A program made the translations under genes and the position numbers. The notes under the pieces are model-generated. The model was not told the DNA's origin, did not search any database, and worked only from the letters and a program-made list of their open reading frames with translations. This document shows, one piece after another, positions 52,455-63,845 of a stretch of DNA of 64,000 nt; position 1 is the first letter of the stretch, and every line of letters starts with the position of its first letter. The stretch lies in NCBI GenBank assembly GCA_020831635.1, contig JAFIGC010000013.1, forward strand, positions 385 through 64,384, written 5' to 3'. The stretch is from Verrucomicrobiota bacterium. GTDB taxonomy: Bacteria; Verrucomicrobiota; Kiritimatiellia; SS1-B-03-39; UBA6053.

Positions 52455-54270
52455 CCGCACCTCCCTGCCCGAAGAGGGCGCGCATGATGACATGAAGGCG
52501 GGGAACCGCGTCCACGCCCGCTCCGAGACCGGAATCGACCAGGACCACGGCCGCAAGGCGGGGGTTGTCGTACGGGGCGAAGCCAATGACCCAAGAGCGG
52601 TAGCGGCGGTTTCCGGGCGGACCGTATTGGGCGGTGCCGGTTTTGGCGGCATAATCCAGCCCCGGAACCCGGGCGCTGCGGGCGGTGCCGCGGTCGCCCA
52701 TCACCGCTTCCCGCATGCCTTCGCGAATCACCCGGACCGCTTCGGGGTCCCATCCGAGGTTGATGGGCGGGTTCCGAGGCTCGGAACGGGTGAAGGTTTC
52801 GCTTTCCGAGTCTCGGAAACCGCGCACGAGGGTGGGGGCGTGCAGGGTGCCGCCGTTGGCGAGGGCGGCGGTGATGGAGGCCATTTGCAGGGGAGTGGTG
52901 GTCAGGAAACCCTGTCCAATGGCGATGTTGGCGATGTCGCCGCGTCTGAGACTGTCTCCGTGGACCCGGCGTTTCCACTCGTTGGTGGGGAGGATGCCGC
53001 TGACTTCGAAGTCGGTTTCGACGCCCGTTTGCCGTCCGAGGCCGAGGCCGCCCAAGGTGGCGAGCATGGGGGGGTAACCAATGTCTTCGGCCAGCATCCA
53101 CATGTAGACGTTGCAGGAGCGGGCGATGGCTTCGCGCATGTCCAGGGTGCCGTGGCCAAAGCGGTTGTTGCAGTGCATGACCGCGGCGTTGGGTCCGGGC
53201 TGGTAGGAGCCGTGGCAGGTGTATTCTTGGTCTCCGTCCACCTGACCGGAGAGCAGTCCCGCCAAACAAACGAAGGGTTTGATGGTGCTGCCGGGGGCAT
53301 AGTGCTCGCGGACGGGGCGGTTGACGAGGGGACGGCGTGGATCGGTGGTGAGGCGTCCCCAGGTCGTGTGGGTAATGAAAGGCACCATGTCGTTGAGGTT
53401 GTAGCGCGGAAAGGTGGCCATGGCAAGGATTTCACCGTTGCGGGGGTCCATGAGCACAATGGTGCCGGTTTCTTCGCTGAGAATGTTTTCGGCCAGGCTC
53501 TGAATGCGGGCGTCGATGGTGAGTTGCAAATCCTGGCCGGGCACGGAGGGTTGGCTGACTTCGACGCTGTATTTGTAGCTGGTCACGTCGATGCGCACCA
53601 GTTCGGCCCCGGCTTCGCCGCGGAGGATTTTATCGAATCTGAGTTCCAGCCCGGCCTTGCCTTCCATTTCCTCAACTTGATAGTGGTAGCGTCCCTCGTC
53701 GGCATCGGCCATGCCGCCGCGTCCGACGTAGCCCAGGGTTTGCGCGAGCAGGTCCTCGTAGGGATAGTTGCGCACGGGTTGGGTGAGCAGATCCACGCCT
53801 TCTTGGGGACCGACGCGTTCGGCCCAGCGGGCGATGGCGGTGTCGTCGAGATCCCGCCAGGCGATCAGGGGTAAAATGCGATCCGAATAAAGGTGGGCGG
53901 CGACTTCTTCGCGGGAGAGGGTGCGGGGCAGTTCGATTTTCAGGGCGAGGTTGTCGAGGATCTCGTCGATCCGGTCGAGGGTGCGGGATTGGCGCCCGGG
54001 AAGGCGGAGTTCCTCGGGATACAGGGCGATGCCCACGGAGGGGCGGTTGTCGGCCAAGACCACGCCATTGCGATCCACGATGAGTCCCCGGTGTCCGGGA
54101 TGGCGCACCCTGCGGAGGCTTTGTTTGCTGATTTCTTCTTGGAAGGTGTGCCCCTGCACCACCTGGAGGTTCCAGAGCGAGGCGAGAATGGCGCCTTGCA
54201 GAGACAAAATCAGTCCCAGCAACACTCGGATGCGGATGCGGATGCGTTCGGTTTCGGAAAGTTTTCGCAT
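52447..54270 (-). CDS. mrdA: Penicillin-binding protein 2 (elongasome transpeptidase)
   Basis: 607 aa with an N-terminal TM. Transpeptidase motifs are STIKP (SxxK), SCN (SxN) and KTGTA (KTG). It lies between mreD and rodA. Confidence 0.9.
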   Translation of the reverse strand: MRKLSETERIRIRIRVLLGLILSLQGAILASLWNLQVVQGHTFQEEISKQSLRRVRHPGHRGLIVDRNGVVLADNRPSVGIALYPEELRLPGRQSRTLDRIDEILDNLALKIELPRTLSREEVAAHLYSDRILPLIAWRDLDDTAIARWAERVGPQEGVDLLTQPVRNYPYEDLLAQTLGYVGRGGMADADEGRYHYQVEEMEGKAGLELRFDKILRGEAGAELVRIDVTSYKYSVEVSQPSVPGQDLQLTIDARIQSLAENILSEETGTIVLMDPRNGEILAMATFPRYNLNDMVPFITHTTWGRLTTDPRRPLVNRPVREHYAPGSTIKPFVCLAGLLSGQVDGDQEYTCHGSYQPGPNAAVMHCNNRFGHGTLDMREAIARSCNVYMWMLAEDIGYPPMLATLGGLGLGRQTGVETDFEVSGILPTNEWKRRVHGDSLRRGDIANIAIGQGFLTTTPLQMASITAALANGGTLHAPTLVRGFRDSESETFTRSEPRNPPINLGWDPEAVRVIREGMREAVMGDRGTARSARVPGLDYAAKTGTAQYGPPGNRRYRSWVIGFAPYDNPRLAAVVLVDSGLGAGVDAVPRLHVIMRALFGQGGADG

Positions 54271-54776
54271 CAGACTTCCTTTAACTCCACGTTGCCAAGC
54301 AGATAGTCGAGGCGTTCAATGCATTTGAATACCAGGGGGATGATGACGATCCCCATGAGGGACATGCCCAGGGCTTTGGACAGCACGAAGGGCATGCGGA
54401 TGCCGCTGCGGGCGCCGCTGCTGACGAGCAGCAGATAGAGAATGAAGGTGACCAGGGCCGCGGAGGCGACCCCGAGCATGACGTGGGTGAACCAGTGATC
54501 GCCGAACACGCGGTCGCGGTAATTGTTGGTGAGCAGGGCCACGGGGAGGAAGGCGATCACGGAAAAACCGAGCGGAATGAGCCCCAAACTGTCGTGCAGG
54601 AGGCCCGCGATCACGGCGGCTTCAATCACCTGGCTGTTGTTGCGTGTGAGGGCGTAATATAGCACGCCGCCCAACAAAAGTGGGGGCTTGGCTTGGCCGA
54701 GGGCGGTCCAAGAGGGGAGAACGGCCTGGGCCATGGCGCAGAGTACGAGGGCCACGAACATCACCAATCGATTCAT
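54270..54776 (-). CDS. mreD: Rod shape-determining protein MreD
   Basis: 168-aa multi-TM protein located between mreC and mrdA, with start-stop overlaps on both sides. Confidence 0.75.
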   Translation of the reverse strand: MNRLVMFVALVLCAMAQAVLPSWTALGQAKPPLLLGGVLYYALTRNNSQVIEAAVIAGLLHDSLGLIPLGFSVIAFLPVALLTNNYRDRVFGDHWFTHVMLGVASAALVTFILYLLLVSSGARSGIRMPFVLSKALGMSLMGIVIIPLVFKCIERLDYLLGNVELKEV

Positions 54777-55600
54777 CGCAGGTCCTCCCGGTCATCGGTT
54801 TCGGTGACGATGAAGACCACGCGCAAATCCGAAAGATTGGCCCTGGGGCGGACGGTGGCGCTTTGGTGGAGGCCGTTTTCGTCCAGAGTGACATCCTCGA
54901 TGTATCCCACCAGAAATCCCTTGGGGAAGATGCCCCCGAGGCCCGAGGTATAGACGGGGTCGCTGCGTTCGATGGGAATGTTTTTGTTGATCAACTCCAC
55001 GCGGCAGAGAACGCTGCCGCGCCAGGAGAGGCCCTGTCCGCTGAGAATGCCGAAAGCGCCTTTGTCGCCGATTTCCACGGCCACCCGGCAGGCGGGGTCG
55101 GAGATCAACAGCACCTCGGCGGTGCGCCCGGAGATTTCCAGGGTTTTGCCGGCCAGGCCCTCTGCGGTGGTGACCGCCTGATTGGCCCTGACGGCGGGGT
55201 TGCCGCCGTGGTCCACGCGGATGGTTTGCCACCATCCGCTGATGTCGCGGGCGAGCACCTCGGCGGGGATGAGTTCGCGGGGCGAGCGGTCCACGAAATT
55301 CAGTTGACGGCGCAGCAGCAGGTTTTCGCGCCGCAGTTCCTCGAGTTCCAAAAGCTGGTGCTGGAGATCCACCAATTCGCGGCGAAGGGTCTGGTGTTCT
55401 TCGGGGAGGCCCCCGCGGGCCATGATGGCTTCGCGGGCATTGCGGAAGCGCGAGGAAACGGATGCGCCCAGGCTTTGCAGGGGGGCGATGAACTCACGGG
55501 TCATGCTTTTCAACGCCCGGCTTGCGGGCGCGGGGAGATTCAGCGCGATCAGAAGAATCGCGCCAATACTCAACCAAAATATCCATCCTTTTCGTTTCAC
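54773..55600 (-). CDS. mreC: Rod shape-determining protein MreC
   Basis: It has a GTG start, an N-terminal TM and a coiled coil (LRRELVDLQHQLLELEELRRENLLLRRQL). A beta-rich domain with VYTSGLGGIFPKGFLVG follows, typical of MreC. Confidence 0.85.
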   Translation of the reverse strand: MKRKGWIFWLSIGAILLIALNLPAPASRALKSMTREFIAPLQSLGASVSSRFRNAREAIMARGGLPEEHQTLRRELVDLQHQLLELEELRRENLLLRRQLNFVDRSPRELIPAEVLARDISGWWQTIRVDHGGNPAVRANQAVTTAEGLAGKTLEISGRTAEVLLISDPACRVAVEIGDKGAFGILSGQGLSWRGSVLCRVELINKNIPIERSDPVYTSGLGGIFPKGFLVGYIEDVTLDENGLHQSATVRPRANLSDLRVVFIVTETDDREDLR

Positions 55601-55704
55601 CGTGCTTGTTCCGGATCGGAACCGCAGCGGTGGCGGTGAAGCGGGTCAATCACTCTGTCGGGAGGGGGGGGAAGTGGGTGGGATTGTCGTCATGAATCTC
55701 TCCA

Positions 55705-56751
<1,047 letters not shown>

Positions 56752-56831
56752 TCAAAATTCTGTTGTACCTCTTTGACGGATTATTGTGAAGGGTCAAGCG
56801 CAAAGGGTTTTGAATCTCACGGATTCAGGTT

Positions 56832-57476
56832 TCATCCTAACACAAGCGTCACCGCTTCCAGGCGGCTGGAGACCACGGGACAACCGGTGGCGTGGAGGCG
56901 GGCGGGGGGCTGGTTGCCGCCGGGGATGAGGATGCATTGCATGCCGAGTTCGGCGGCGACATCGGCGTCGTGGGTGGTGTCGCCAATGAGCACGGTTTCG
57001 GCGGGATCCACGCCCAGGGCGGTCAAAGCCCGCCGTCCCTGCGGGGTTTTGCCGTCGGCGTAGTGGTCGTGGTGTCCGTGCAGATCATGAAAAAACGCAT
57101 CCAGACCGTGGTCGGAAACCAGAGAAACCAGGGTTTGATGTTGATAGGCGGAAAGTATGCTTTGTCCGAGGCCTTGCTCGCGAATCCTTTCGAGTCCGTC
57201 CCGCGCATCCGCGTGCAGTCGGGCTTCTTTTCTGCGGAGTTCGTAGCCCCGAATGAATTCCATCCCCAAAGTCTCGAAAGACTCGAGGTTGAAATCAAAC
57301 CCGATGCGTTCATAATAGCGACGTACCGGAAAATCGAAAATTTCCATGTAGCGTTCGGTGCTCATTTCCGGCATCTGACGCGAGACGAGCATGCGGTTCA
57401 TCACGTCCCGACAAAGCCAGGCGTCGTTAAAGAGGGTGCCGTTCCAATCCCAAAACACATGTTGGATTTTTTTCAT
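56832..57476 (-). CDS. HAD-superfamily hydrolase (phosphoglycolate phosphatase-like subfamily IA)
   Basis: Motif I is FWDWNGTLFND (D-x-N rather than the usual D-x-D) and motif IV is IGDTTHDADVA. 214 aa. Confidence 0.7.
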   Translation of the reverse strand: MKKIQHVFWDWNGTLFNDAWLCRDVMNRMLVSRQMPEMSTERYMEIFDFPVRRYYERIGFDFNLESFETLGMEFIRGYELRRKEARLHADARDGLERIREQGLGQSILSAYQHQTLVSLVSDHGLDAFFHDLHGHHDHYADGKTPQGRRALTALGVDPAETVLIGDTTHDADVAAELGMQCILIPGGNQPPARLHATGCPVVSSRLEAVTLVLG

Positions 57477-57606
57477 GTTTGGACTGTATACGCTTTAAAG
57501 TTGGATGGAAATGAAAAATCCGCAAAAGAGGATCATGGACCTCATCCCTGAAATGGTGTGGTTTGAGGGCAAACGTTCCGCTCAACCGATGAGCAAATGG
57601 GACCTA

Positions 57607-57749
57607 CGGATGCCGAGACACGGCCTGCGGATCTTCCGGCATGGAAGGTGATTTTCATGTGAGTCAAAAGATTGGGTTTTTTCGTTGAATGGTCTGTAGT
57701 GAATGGTCTGTAGGTTTCAGAGCATCCGCAGGCCGTGTCTTGGCATCCG
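57607..57749. repeat. Inverted repeat (26-nt arms, one mismatch) enclosing a perfect 14-nt tandem duplication
   Basis: Arm 57607-57632 is CGGATGCCGAGACACGGCCTGCGGAT. The reverse complement of 57724-57749 is CGGATGCCAAGACACGGCCTGCGGAT. Inside the spacer, TGAATGGTCTGTAG occurs twice in tandem (57686-57713). Confidence 0.9.
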
Positions 57750-58004
57750 CAGGGAAAAAAACAATCTGTCGCGATCCGTTGTCCGGCGAAGCCATCCGTT
57801 GGTTCTTCTTCTGATCGGATGTGACGGGTTTACGCCTTAGATCCATCAGCGGCAGCGAAAAGCCGTGGGGCACGCTTTGCCATTGCCAAGTGCCCCTGAT
57901 TTTTTTATAGGAGATACAGAAGAGCATTATTCAGAACTTTCAGAAAAAAATGAATATTATCGGTTGCGCATTCCGCGTGCCCGTGCATATTGACGTATAG
58001 ACCT

Positions 58005-58874
58005 ATGACGACCCTCACCCAAATCGAACGCCCCGCAGGCCTGGATCATCACTTGGAACAGGTGAGGAGCCTTATATTCCGGACCCTGGAAGAAACCAGT
58101 TTGCGGGAGGTGCTTCACGATTCCCCCTCTCTGGCCTCCATCGGCGGCAAAATGTTGCGTTCCCGTCTCGCGCATCGCGTGGGATCGGTCACGGGCGTGG
58201 ATACCAATCTGCTGGTGCATGGTTCCGCCGCCGTGGAAATGATCCACACCGCCAGCCTTTTGCACGACGATGTGATCGACGGCGGGGTCATGCGGCGCGG
58301 ATTGCCGACCTTTTGGGTGGAGAAGGGAAAGGCTGGCGCCATTCTTTTGGGAGATTTGCTTTTGTTCAAGGCCGTGGATTTGATTTGCCGGGTCGCCGAT
58401 GGACGTTACACCCATGAATTGGTGAAACTGACCGGGGAAGTCTGCGAGGCGGAATCCGAACAGGAATTGATTTTACAGGGCGAGGAATCCCAACTCGAAA
58501 TTTGCCAAAGCATTGCCCGCCGCAAGACCGGCGCCCTTTTCGCTTTTGCCTCGCTCCTGGGCGGGGATGGGGACGCGCATCGCCGCGAGGTCCTCAAGGA
58601 ATCCGGATATTTGCTGGGCACCGCCTACCAATTGGCCGATGATATCCTCGATACCCGCCCCGAAGACGACGCCTCGGGCAAAACCCTGGGGACCGACGCC
58701 GCCCGCGACATCGTCTCCGCCGCCCGGTTGGAACATGTCGATCTGCGAGCGCATTTGGATGACCTTTTGGTACAGTCCGTGAAAATCCTGAATGGCGATC
58801 AACAGGCCGTAAAGGGCATCCAGACGTACATTGCCCAAGATCTGCAACCGGCACTGTCTGCGCTATTGGGGTGA
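58005..58874 (+). CDS. Polyprenyl diphosphate synthase (trans-isoprenyl diphosphate synthase family)
   Basis: The first aspartate-rich motif is LLHDDVIDGG and the second is LADDILD. ATG 58005 is preferred; the ORF-track start at 57990 is TTG. Chain-length specificity cannot be read from the sequence. Confidence 0.85.
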   Translation: MTTLTQIERPAGLDHHLEQVRSLIFRTLEETSLREVLHDSPSLASIGGKMLRSRLAHRVGSVTGVDTNLLVHGSAAVEMIHTASLLHDDVIDGGVMRRGLPTFWVEKGKAGAILLGDLLLFKAVDLICRVADGRYTHELVKLTGEVCEAESEQELILQGEESQLEICQSIARRKTGALFAFASLLGGDGDAHRREVLKESGYLLGTAYQLADDILDTRPEDDASGKTLGTDAARDIVSAARLEHVDLRAHLDDLLVQSVKILNGDQQAVKGIQTYIAQDLQPALSALLG

Positions 58875-58970
58875 AACTAAACATGAATGACATAATAACA
58901 TGATTCTGTCTTGACTTCCTGTCTGGGTCCGCGATGGTGTGAACGTGCAACCTCACACCTCCGGAGAACC

Positions 58971-60197
58971 ATGGCAAAAATAGACGAATTGTTACGTGAA
59001 TTGATTTCAAAAGGCGGCAGCGACCTGCATCTGTCCTCGGAACGGGTCCCCATGCTGCGGGTGGACGGCGAAATGGAGATGTCCAGTTGGGACCCCCTGG
59101 CCCCCGAGGACGTGGAAGCCTTGCTCAGGGAAATCATGGATGAACGGGCCTGTCGTGAATATGACCAAGTCGCGGATACGGATTTCGCTTATGAAATCGA
59201 AGGCTTGGCCCGCTTCCGCGCGAACGTGTTCCAAGATCGGTATGGCATGGGCGGGGTGTTCCGCCAAATTCCGTCCTCGGTGTTGACCGCCGATCAATTG
59301 AAGCTGCCAAAAGCGATCCGGGACCTGTGTTGGTTGTCCAAAGGATTGGTTTTGGTGACGGGTCCGACGGGCAGTGGGAAATCGACCACGCTTGCCGCCA
59401 TGATCGATCTCATCAACAAAAGCAGATCCGACCACATCATCACCATCGAAGATCCCATCGAATTCGTGCACTACGACCAAAGTTGCCTCGTGAACCAGCG
59501 GGAAGTGAAGAACAACACGAAAAGTTTTGCCTCCGCCCTGCGGGCGGCTCTGCGACAGGATCCGGACATTGTGCTTGTCGGCGAATTGCGGGACTTGGAA
59601 ACCATTGAGATGGCCATGGAAACCGCGGAAACCGGGCATTTGGTGTTTGGCACCTTGCATACGAACACCGCCGCAAGCACGGTGGACCGCATCATCGACT
59701 CGTTTCCGGCGGATCGGCAAAATCAAATCCGGTCCATGCTGTCCAATTCCCTGAAAGCGGCCATTTCGCAGACGCTTTGCAAAAAAATTGGCGGCGGCAG
59801 GGTGGCGGCCTTGGAAATCCTGATGATTGATCAGGGGATCTCCTCCATGATTCGGGACGGGAAAATCCATCAAATCCCCTCCGCCATGCAGGTCGGCGCC
59901 AGTAAGGGCATGAAGCTGCTCAACCAGGCCTTGGGCGAGTTGGTGCAATCGAAGCAAGTCACACCGGAGGAAGGATATCTTCGGGCCGTGGACAAGGAGT
60001 CCTACCTCAAAGTGCTCGAGCGTCTACAGTGTCCGGCTCCGAGATTGGGCGGGGCGAAAACGGAAGTGCCGGCGGACCTGGCGACCCACGATGAACTTGA
60101 ATCCACTTTTGACGAGGACACGTTCTCAACCGCAGAAACCAGCTTCAACAAAGTGGAGCCGGAGTCGCGGAAGAAAAAATTGGCGTTTTTTGGATAA
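58971..60197 (+). CDS. pilT: PilT-family type IV pilus retraction ATPase with C-terminal extension
   Basis: ATG 58971 follows GGAGA. Walker A is GPTGSGKSTTLAAM, with IITIEDPIEF and the His-box GHLVFGTLHTNTAASTVDRIID. An extra acidic C-terminal tail of about 60 aa is present. Confidence 0.85.
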   Translation: MAKIDELLRELISKGGSDLHLSSERVPMLRVDGEMEMSSWDPLAPEDVEALLREIMDERACREYDQVADTDFAYEIEGLARFRANVFQDRYGMGGVFRQIPSSVLTADQLKLPKAIRDLCWLSKGLVLVTGPTGSGKSTTLAAMIDLINKSRSDHIITIEDPIEFVHYDQSCLVNQREVKNNTKSFASALRAALRQDPDIVLVGELRDLETIEMAMETAETGHLVFGTLHTNTAASTVDRIIDSFPADRQNQIRSMLSNSLKAAISQTLCKKIGGGRVAALEILMIDQGISSMIRDGKIHQIPSAMQVGASKGMKLLNQALGELVQSKQVTPEEGYLRAVDKESYLKVLERLQCPAPRLGGAKTEVPADLATHDELESTFDEDTFSTAETSFNKVEPESRKKKLAFFG

Positions 60198-60293
60198 ACC
60201 TGAATCGGATTCAGGATAAATTCATCGAGACATGGATTGACGTTTGCCTTTCGTCTGTCAAAGATTGGCAAAACCAACTCAGGAGTACTTCCC

Positions 60294-62510
60294 ATGTCTG
60301 CCAAAAAATCAACACCCGTCCCCAAAAAATATCCCGAAGACATTCAAAGGCTTGTGGATGCGGTCCACTACAATCCCTACGGGGTGTTGGGACCGCAATC
60401 CATGGAGGGGCCCGAAGGGAAAGGCGGCGTGATCCGCGCCTTTTTTCCCCATGCCAAAAGCGTGAACGTGGTGGACGGCGACCGCACCGTGGCCATGGAA
60501 ATGGTGCACCCCCACGGAATCTACGAAGCGAAGATGGATGCGTTGCCCGAGTCTTATGCGTTTGACGTGGAGGATCGGGAGCACGGGAAAACCACTTGTC
60601 TGGACCCTTACGCGCATCGGGTCAGTATTCCCGACACCGATTTGTATTTGTTTGGCGAAGGTACCCATTACCGCACCTACGACAACATGGGCGCGCATGT
60701 GGTGGAGGTCAACGGGGTGTCCGGCGTTCGTTTCGCGGTGTGGGCGCCCAATGCCGAACGCGTGAGCATCATTGGTGATTTCAACCGCTGGGACGGGCGT
60801 ACCCATCCCATGCAAAGCCTGGGGGCCTCCGGCATTTGGGCCTTGTTTATTCCGGGGATGGGGCTCGGCGACTTGTATAAATTCGAGATCAAGGGGCAAA
60901 ACGGATTTTTGTCCCATAAATCCGATCCTTACGCCTTCAGCGCCGAACTCCGTCCCCGCACCGCCTCCCGGGTGTGGGACATTCATGCCTATGAGTGGCA
61001 AGACGCGGAATGGATGGACCAACGCCGCAAACACCCGGACTTCCTGAACCGTCCGGTCTCGGTGTACGAATGTCATTTGGGCTCCTGGAAACGCGTGGCC
61101 GACGAAGAGGGTCGCTTTATGACCTACCGGGAATTGGCAGCCGACCTGCTGCCCTACGTCAAGGAAATGGGCTTCACGCATATTGAACTCATGCCCGTCA
61201 CCGAGCATCCGTTTGACGGGTCCTGGGGTTATCAGACCCTGGGATACTACGCGGTCACCTCTCGGTTCGGCACCCCCGACGATTTCAAATATTTCGTGGA
61301 TTGCTGTCACCGGGAAGGGATTGGCGTCGTCCTGGACTGGGTTCCCGCCCATTTCCCAAAGGACCCCCATGGTTTGGGCTTTTTCGATGGCTCCCACCTC
61401 TATGAGCACGCCGATCCCCGCAAGGGCGAGCACATGGACTGGGGCACCCTGATCTTCAATTACGACCGCAACGAAGTCCGCACCTTCCTTCTGAGTTCCG
61501 CGATGTTTTGGGCGGATGTGTACCATCTGGACGGCATTCGCGTGGATGCCGTGGCCAGTATGTTGTACTTGGACTACAGCCGCGAAGGCGGCGAGTGGCT
61601 TCCCAACGAATTCGGCGGACGTGAAAACCTGGGGGCGGTGTCTTTTCTAAAGCAATTCAATGAAGTGATCCACCGGGAATTCCCCGGCTTCCTCACCTTT
61701 GCCGAGGAATCCACCGCCTGGCCCATGGTCAGTCGTCCCACCTATCTGGGCGGACTCGGGTTTGGCTTGAAATGGAACATGGGCTGGATGAACGACACCC
61801 TCGAATACATCGAAAAAGAGCCCATCCACCGCAAATACCATCACGGCGAAATCACTTTTTCCCTGATCTATGCCTTCAACGAAAACTTTATCCTGCCCTT
61901 TTCCCATGACGAAGTGGTGCATGGCAAAAAAAGCATGCTGGATAAAATGCCGGGCGATTTCTGGCAGAAATTCGCGAATTTGCGACTGCTCTACAGTTAC
62001 ATGTGGACCCATCCCGGCAAAAAACTTTTGTTCATGGGCTGTGAATTCGGCCAATGGAAGGAATGGGACAGTGCCGACCAACTGGAGTGGCACCTCACCC
62101 AGTACGAACCTCACCTCAAGATTCGCAATCTGGTGCGGGACTTAAATCACCTGCACCAAAATATGTCCGCCCTGCATGAACTCGATTTCAGTGGGGAAGG
62201 GTTTGAATGGATCGATCTGCATGACAGCGAGCAGAGTATTCTCTGCTACCTGCGAAAAGGCAAGGATCCCAAGGATGTGGTGGTGGTCGGCTTGAATTTC
62301 ACCCCGCAAGTCCGCGAGAACTATCGCATGGGCGTTCCTCGTCCCGGTTTCTACCGGGAAATCCTCAACAGCGATTCGGAAATCTACGGCGGAAGCAACC
62401 GCGGCAACGCAGGCGGGGTGCACAGCGACCCCACACCCTGGATGGGGCGGCCCCATTCCATCTGCCTCACCTTGCCACCTTTGGGCGCGGTTTTGCTGAA
62501 GCCGGAATGA
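60294..62510 (+). CDS. glgB: 1,4-alpha-glucan branching enzyme
   Basis: ATG 60294 lies 8 nt after AGGAG. GH13 motifs are [33 protein letters not shown] and [10 protein letters not shown]. About 738 aa. Confidence 0.95.
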   Translation: MSAKKSTPVPKKYPEDIQRLVDAVHYNPYGVLGPQSMEGPEGKGGVIRAFFPHAKSVNVVDGDRTVAMEMVHPHGIYEAKMDALPESYAFDVEDREHGKTTCLDPYAHRVSIPDTDLYLFGEGTHYRTYDNMGAHVVEVNGVSGVRFAVWAPNAERVSIIGDFNRWDGRTHPMQSLGASGIWALFIPGMGLGDLYKFEIKGQNGFLSHKSDPYAFSAELRPRTASRVWDIHAYEWQDAEWMDQRRKHPDFLNRPVSVYECHLGSWKRVADEEGRFMTYRELAADLLPYVKEMGFTHIELMPVTEHPFDGSWGYQTLGYYAVTSRFGTPDDFKYFVDCCHREGIGVVLDWVPAHFPKDPHGLGFFDGSHLYEHADPRKGEHMDWGTLIFNYDRNEVRTFLLSSAMFWADVYHLDGIRVDAVASMLYLDYSREGGEWLPNEFGGRENLGAVSFLKQFNEVIHREFPGFLTFAEESTAWPMVSRPTYLGGLGFGLKWNMGWMNDTLEYIEKEPIHRKYHHGEITFSLIYAFNENFILPFSHDEVVHGKKSMLDKMPGDFWQKFANLRLLYSYMWTHPGKKLLFMGCEFGQWKEWDSADQLEWHLTQYEPHLKIRNLVRDLNHLHQNMSALHELDFSGEGFEWIDLHDSEQSILCYLRKGKDPKDVVVVGLNFTPQVRENYRMGVPRPGFYREILNSDSEIYGGSNRGNAGGVHSDPTPWMGRPHSICLTLPPLGAVLLKPE

Positions 62511-62568
62511 GTTTTGGGTATTGGTTCTCACGGAGGCACAAAGGCACGGAGGGGATGTGAGAATAATC

Positions 62569-62630
62569 GACAAAGCTTCCGACAAAGTTCTATCGAGAAC
62601 TTTGTCTCAAGCTTTGTCCTGAACTTTGTC
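62569..62630. repeat. Heptamer array: 2 x GACAAAG followed by 3 x CTTTGTC at 12-nt spacing (copy 1)
   Basis: GACAAAG lies at 62569 and 62581; CTTTGTC lies at 62600, 62612 and 62624. The central part forms the imperfect palindrome GACAAAGCTTccGACAAAGTTC/GAACTTTGTCtcAAGCTTTGTC. Confidence 0.9.
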
Positions 62631-62887
62631 GAAACCCGCAACCCCAACCTGCCCCGGTGGGGAAACAACCTCGGTGATTTGTGTGGCCTCATAAATGACA
62701 TTCAAGAGGACCTTCGTGGAAACTGGTGGATGAGGTCTCCTCCCGTAAAAAGGAAGACTATGGATTTGATCGGTATACCGTGGCGTACAAGGCGGCAGCT
62801 AAAGCGACCGCACTCCGAAGGCTCGCTGCGCTCGCGCCAAGAGCCCCGCAACGCGGAAGCTCCGCGATTTTATAGGCATGTGGAACT

Positions 62888-63769
62888 CTATTGTGGCAAC
62901 AGTTTGCGCATGATTTCATAATCTTCCGGGGTCCCCACAAACAGAACCCAGCCATCCTCCAGCGGGCGCAACATGGTCCAGTATGAGGGATAACTCAAAT
63001 AATTTGAGAAATAATCAATGAGTTCCACGTCGGCAAGTCGAGGAAACCGTGGGACTCTTTGGCGAGATGCATGGTCTTTGAAATCCGCAAAAAAATCGCC
63101 GACTGGATTAGTCGTTTGTTTTTCCGCCTGTTCCGGATCATTTGCAAGGACCCGTAACGCTTCCACCCTGTCGTGTAATGTCGAGGGGAACTGAAAACGC
63201 CCCACGGATAATTCCGGAGGGAGAGGGCGGAAGACATAGTCCCCGTCCTTTTTGAGGATATACCAGTTGTTCATGGCCGTGATCACTTCGAGAAGGATTC
63301 CCAAGGGAGCTTCCCCCAACTCCAGCGTGACGGTTTCAAGGGGCTCTTTCCGTAGAAAATGAGACTCATATTCTTTTCGGATTTCCTGAAAAATTTCTTG
63401 ATCCACGTATTCCTTGTCTACATGCCAGACCGGAGGAACCTCGAAAGCCATTTTTAACCTGGGCAGTTTGTCTGCGTCGGGCCGCTTCTCGATCATTCCA
63501 TTGATTTGCTCGACAACTTCGGTCAATGGGGTGTCACGAAAGCGAAGCGATTCAAACACAATCTCAGCAGCCATTCCATTCGTCGATCCGTCTGACCGTC
63601 CGGACTCCGAATCCATCGCATGGGACTTTGCGCGGGATGCACAAGCCGTTTGCGATACGAATGCAAGCGATGAAAGCAGGATCAAAGTCAGGCATTGGAT
63701 AAGTAACCGGTAGATGCATCTCCGAGGTTTGACGGATGGATCCTGCGGAATGGATGTCATGTGAAGCAT
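62888..63769 (-). CDS. Hypothetical secreted protein with secretin-N/STN-like segments
   Basis: Start set at ATG 63769 or 63760, giving the signal-like RRCIYRLLIQCLTLILLSSLAFVSQTACA; the ORF-track start at 63850 is TTG and lies inside the repeat array. The segments FRDTPLTEVVEQING and a C-terminal ...GWVLFVGTPEDYEIMRKLL resemble N-domains of secretin-like proteins. The gene is visibly more AT-rich than its neighbours. Confidence 0.5.
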   Translation of the reverse strand: MLHMTSIPQDPSVKPRRCIYRLLIQCLTLILLSSLAFVSQTACASRAKSHAMDSESGRSDGSTNGMAAEIVFESLRFRDTPLTEVVEQINGMIEKRPDADKLPRLKMAFEVPPVWHVDKEYVDQEIFQEIRKEYESHFLRKEPLETVTLELGEAPLGILLEVITAMNNWYILKKDGDYVFRPLPPELSVGRFQFPSTLHDRVEALRVLANDPEQAEKQTTNPVGDFFADFKDHASRQRVPRFPRLADVELIDYFSNYLSYPSYWTMLRPLEDGWVLFVGTPEDYEIMRKLLPQ

Positions 63770-63845
63770 GAAAAAACCATGATCCGCAAGGGAGGGCTTG
63801 TCAAGTCGGTAAGTTTTCAAGATTGTGGCACTTTTTGGAAAGAAT

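Noticed and set aside
49521-53874. Plus-strand ORFs 49521-50693, 50796-51419, 51498-52487 and 52357-53874
   Set aside because: They are antisense to rng, rodA and mrdA, all of which carry diagnostic motifs (S1 domain, SEDS motifs, SxxK/SxN/KTG).
57664-57927. 87-aa minus-strand ORF in the HAD/polyprenyl-synthase intergenic region
   Set aside because: It runs through the inverted-repeat arm and the tandem repeat. It has no ribosome-binding site or recognisable domain, so the region is better explained as non-coding repeat DNA.
62514-62921. 135-aa plus-strand ORF after glgB
   Set aside because: It spans the heptamer array and low-complexity DNA, has no start context, and overlaps the 3-prime end of the convergent gene. 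It is treated as non-coding.
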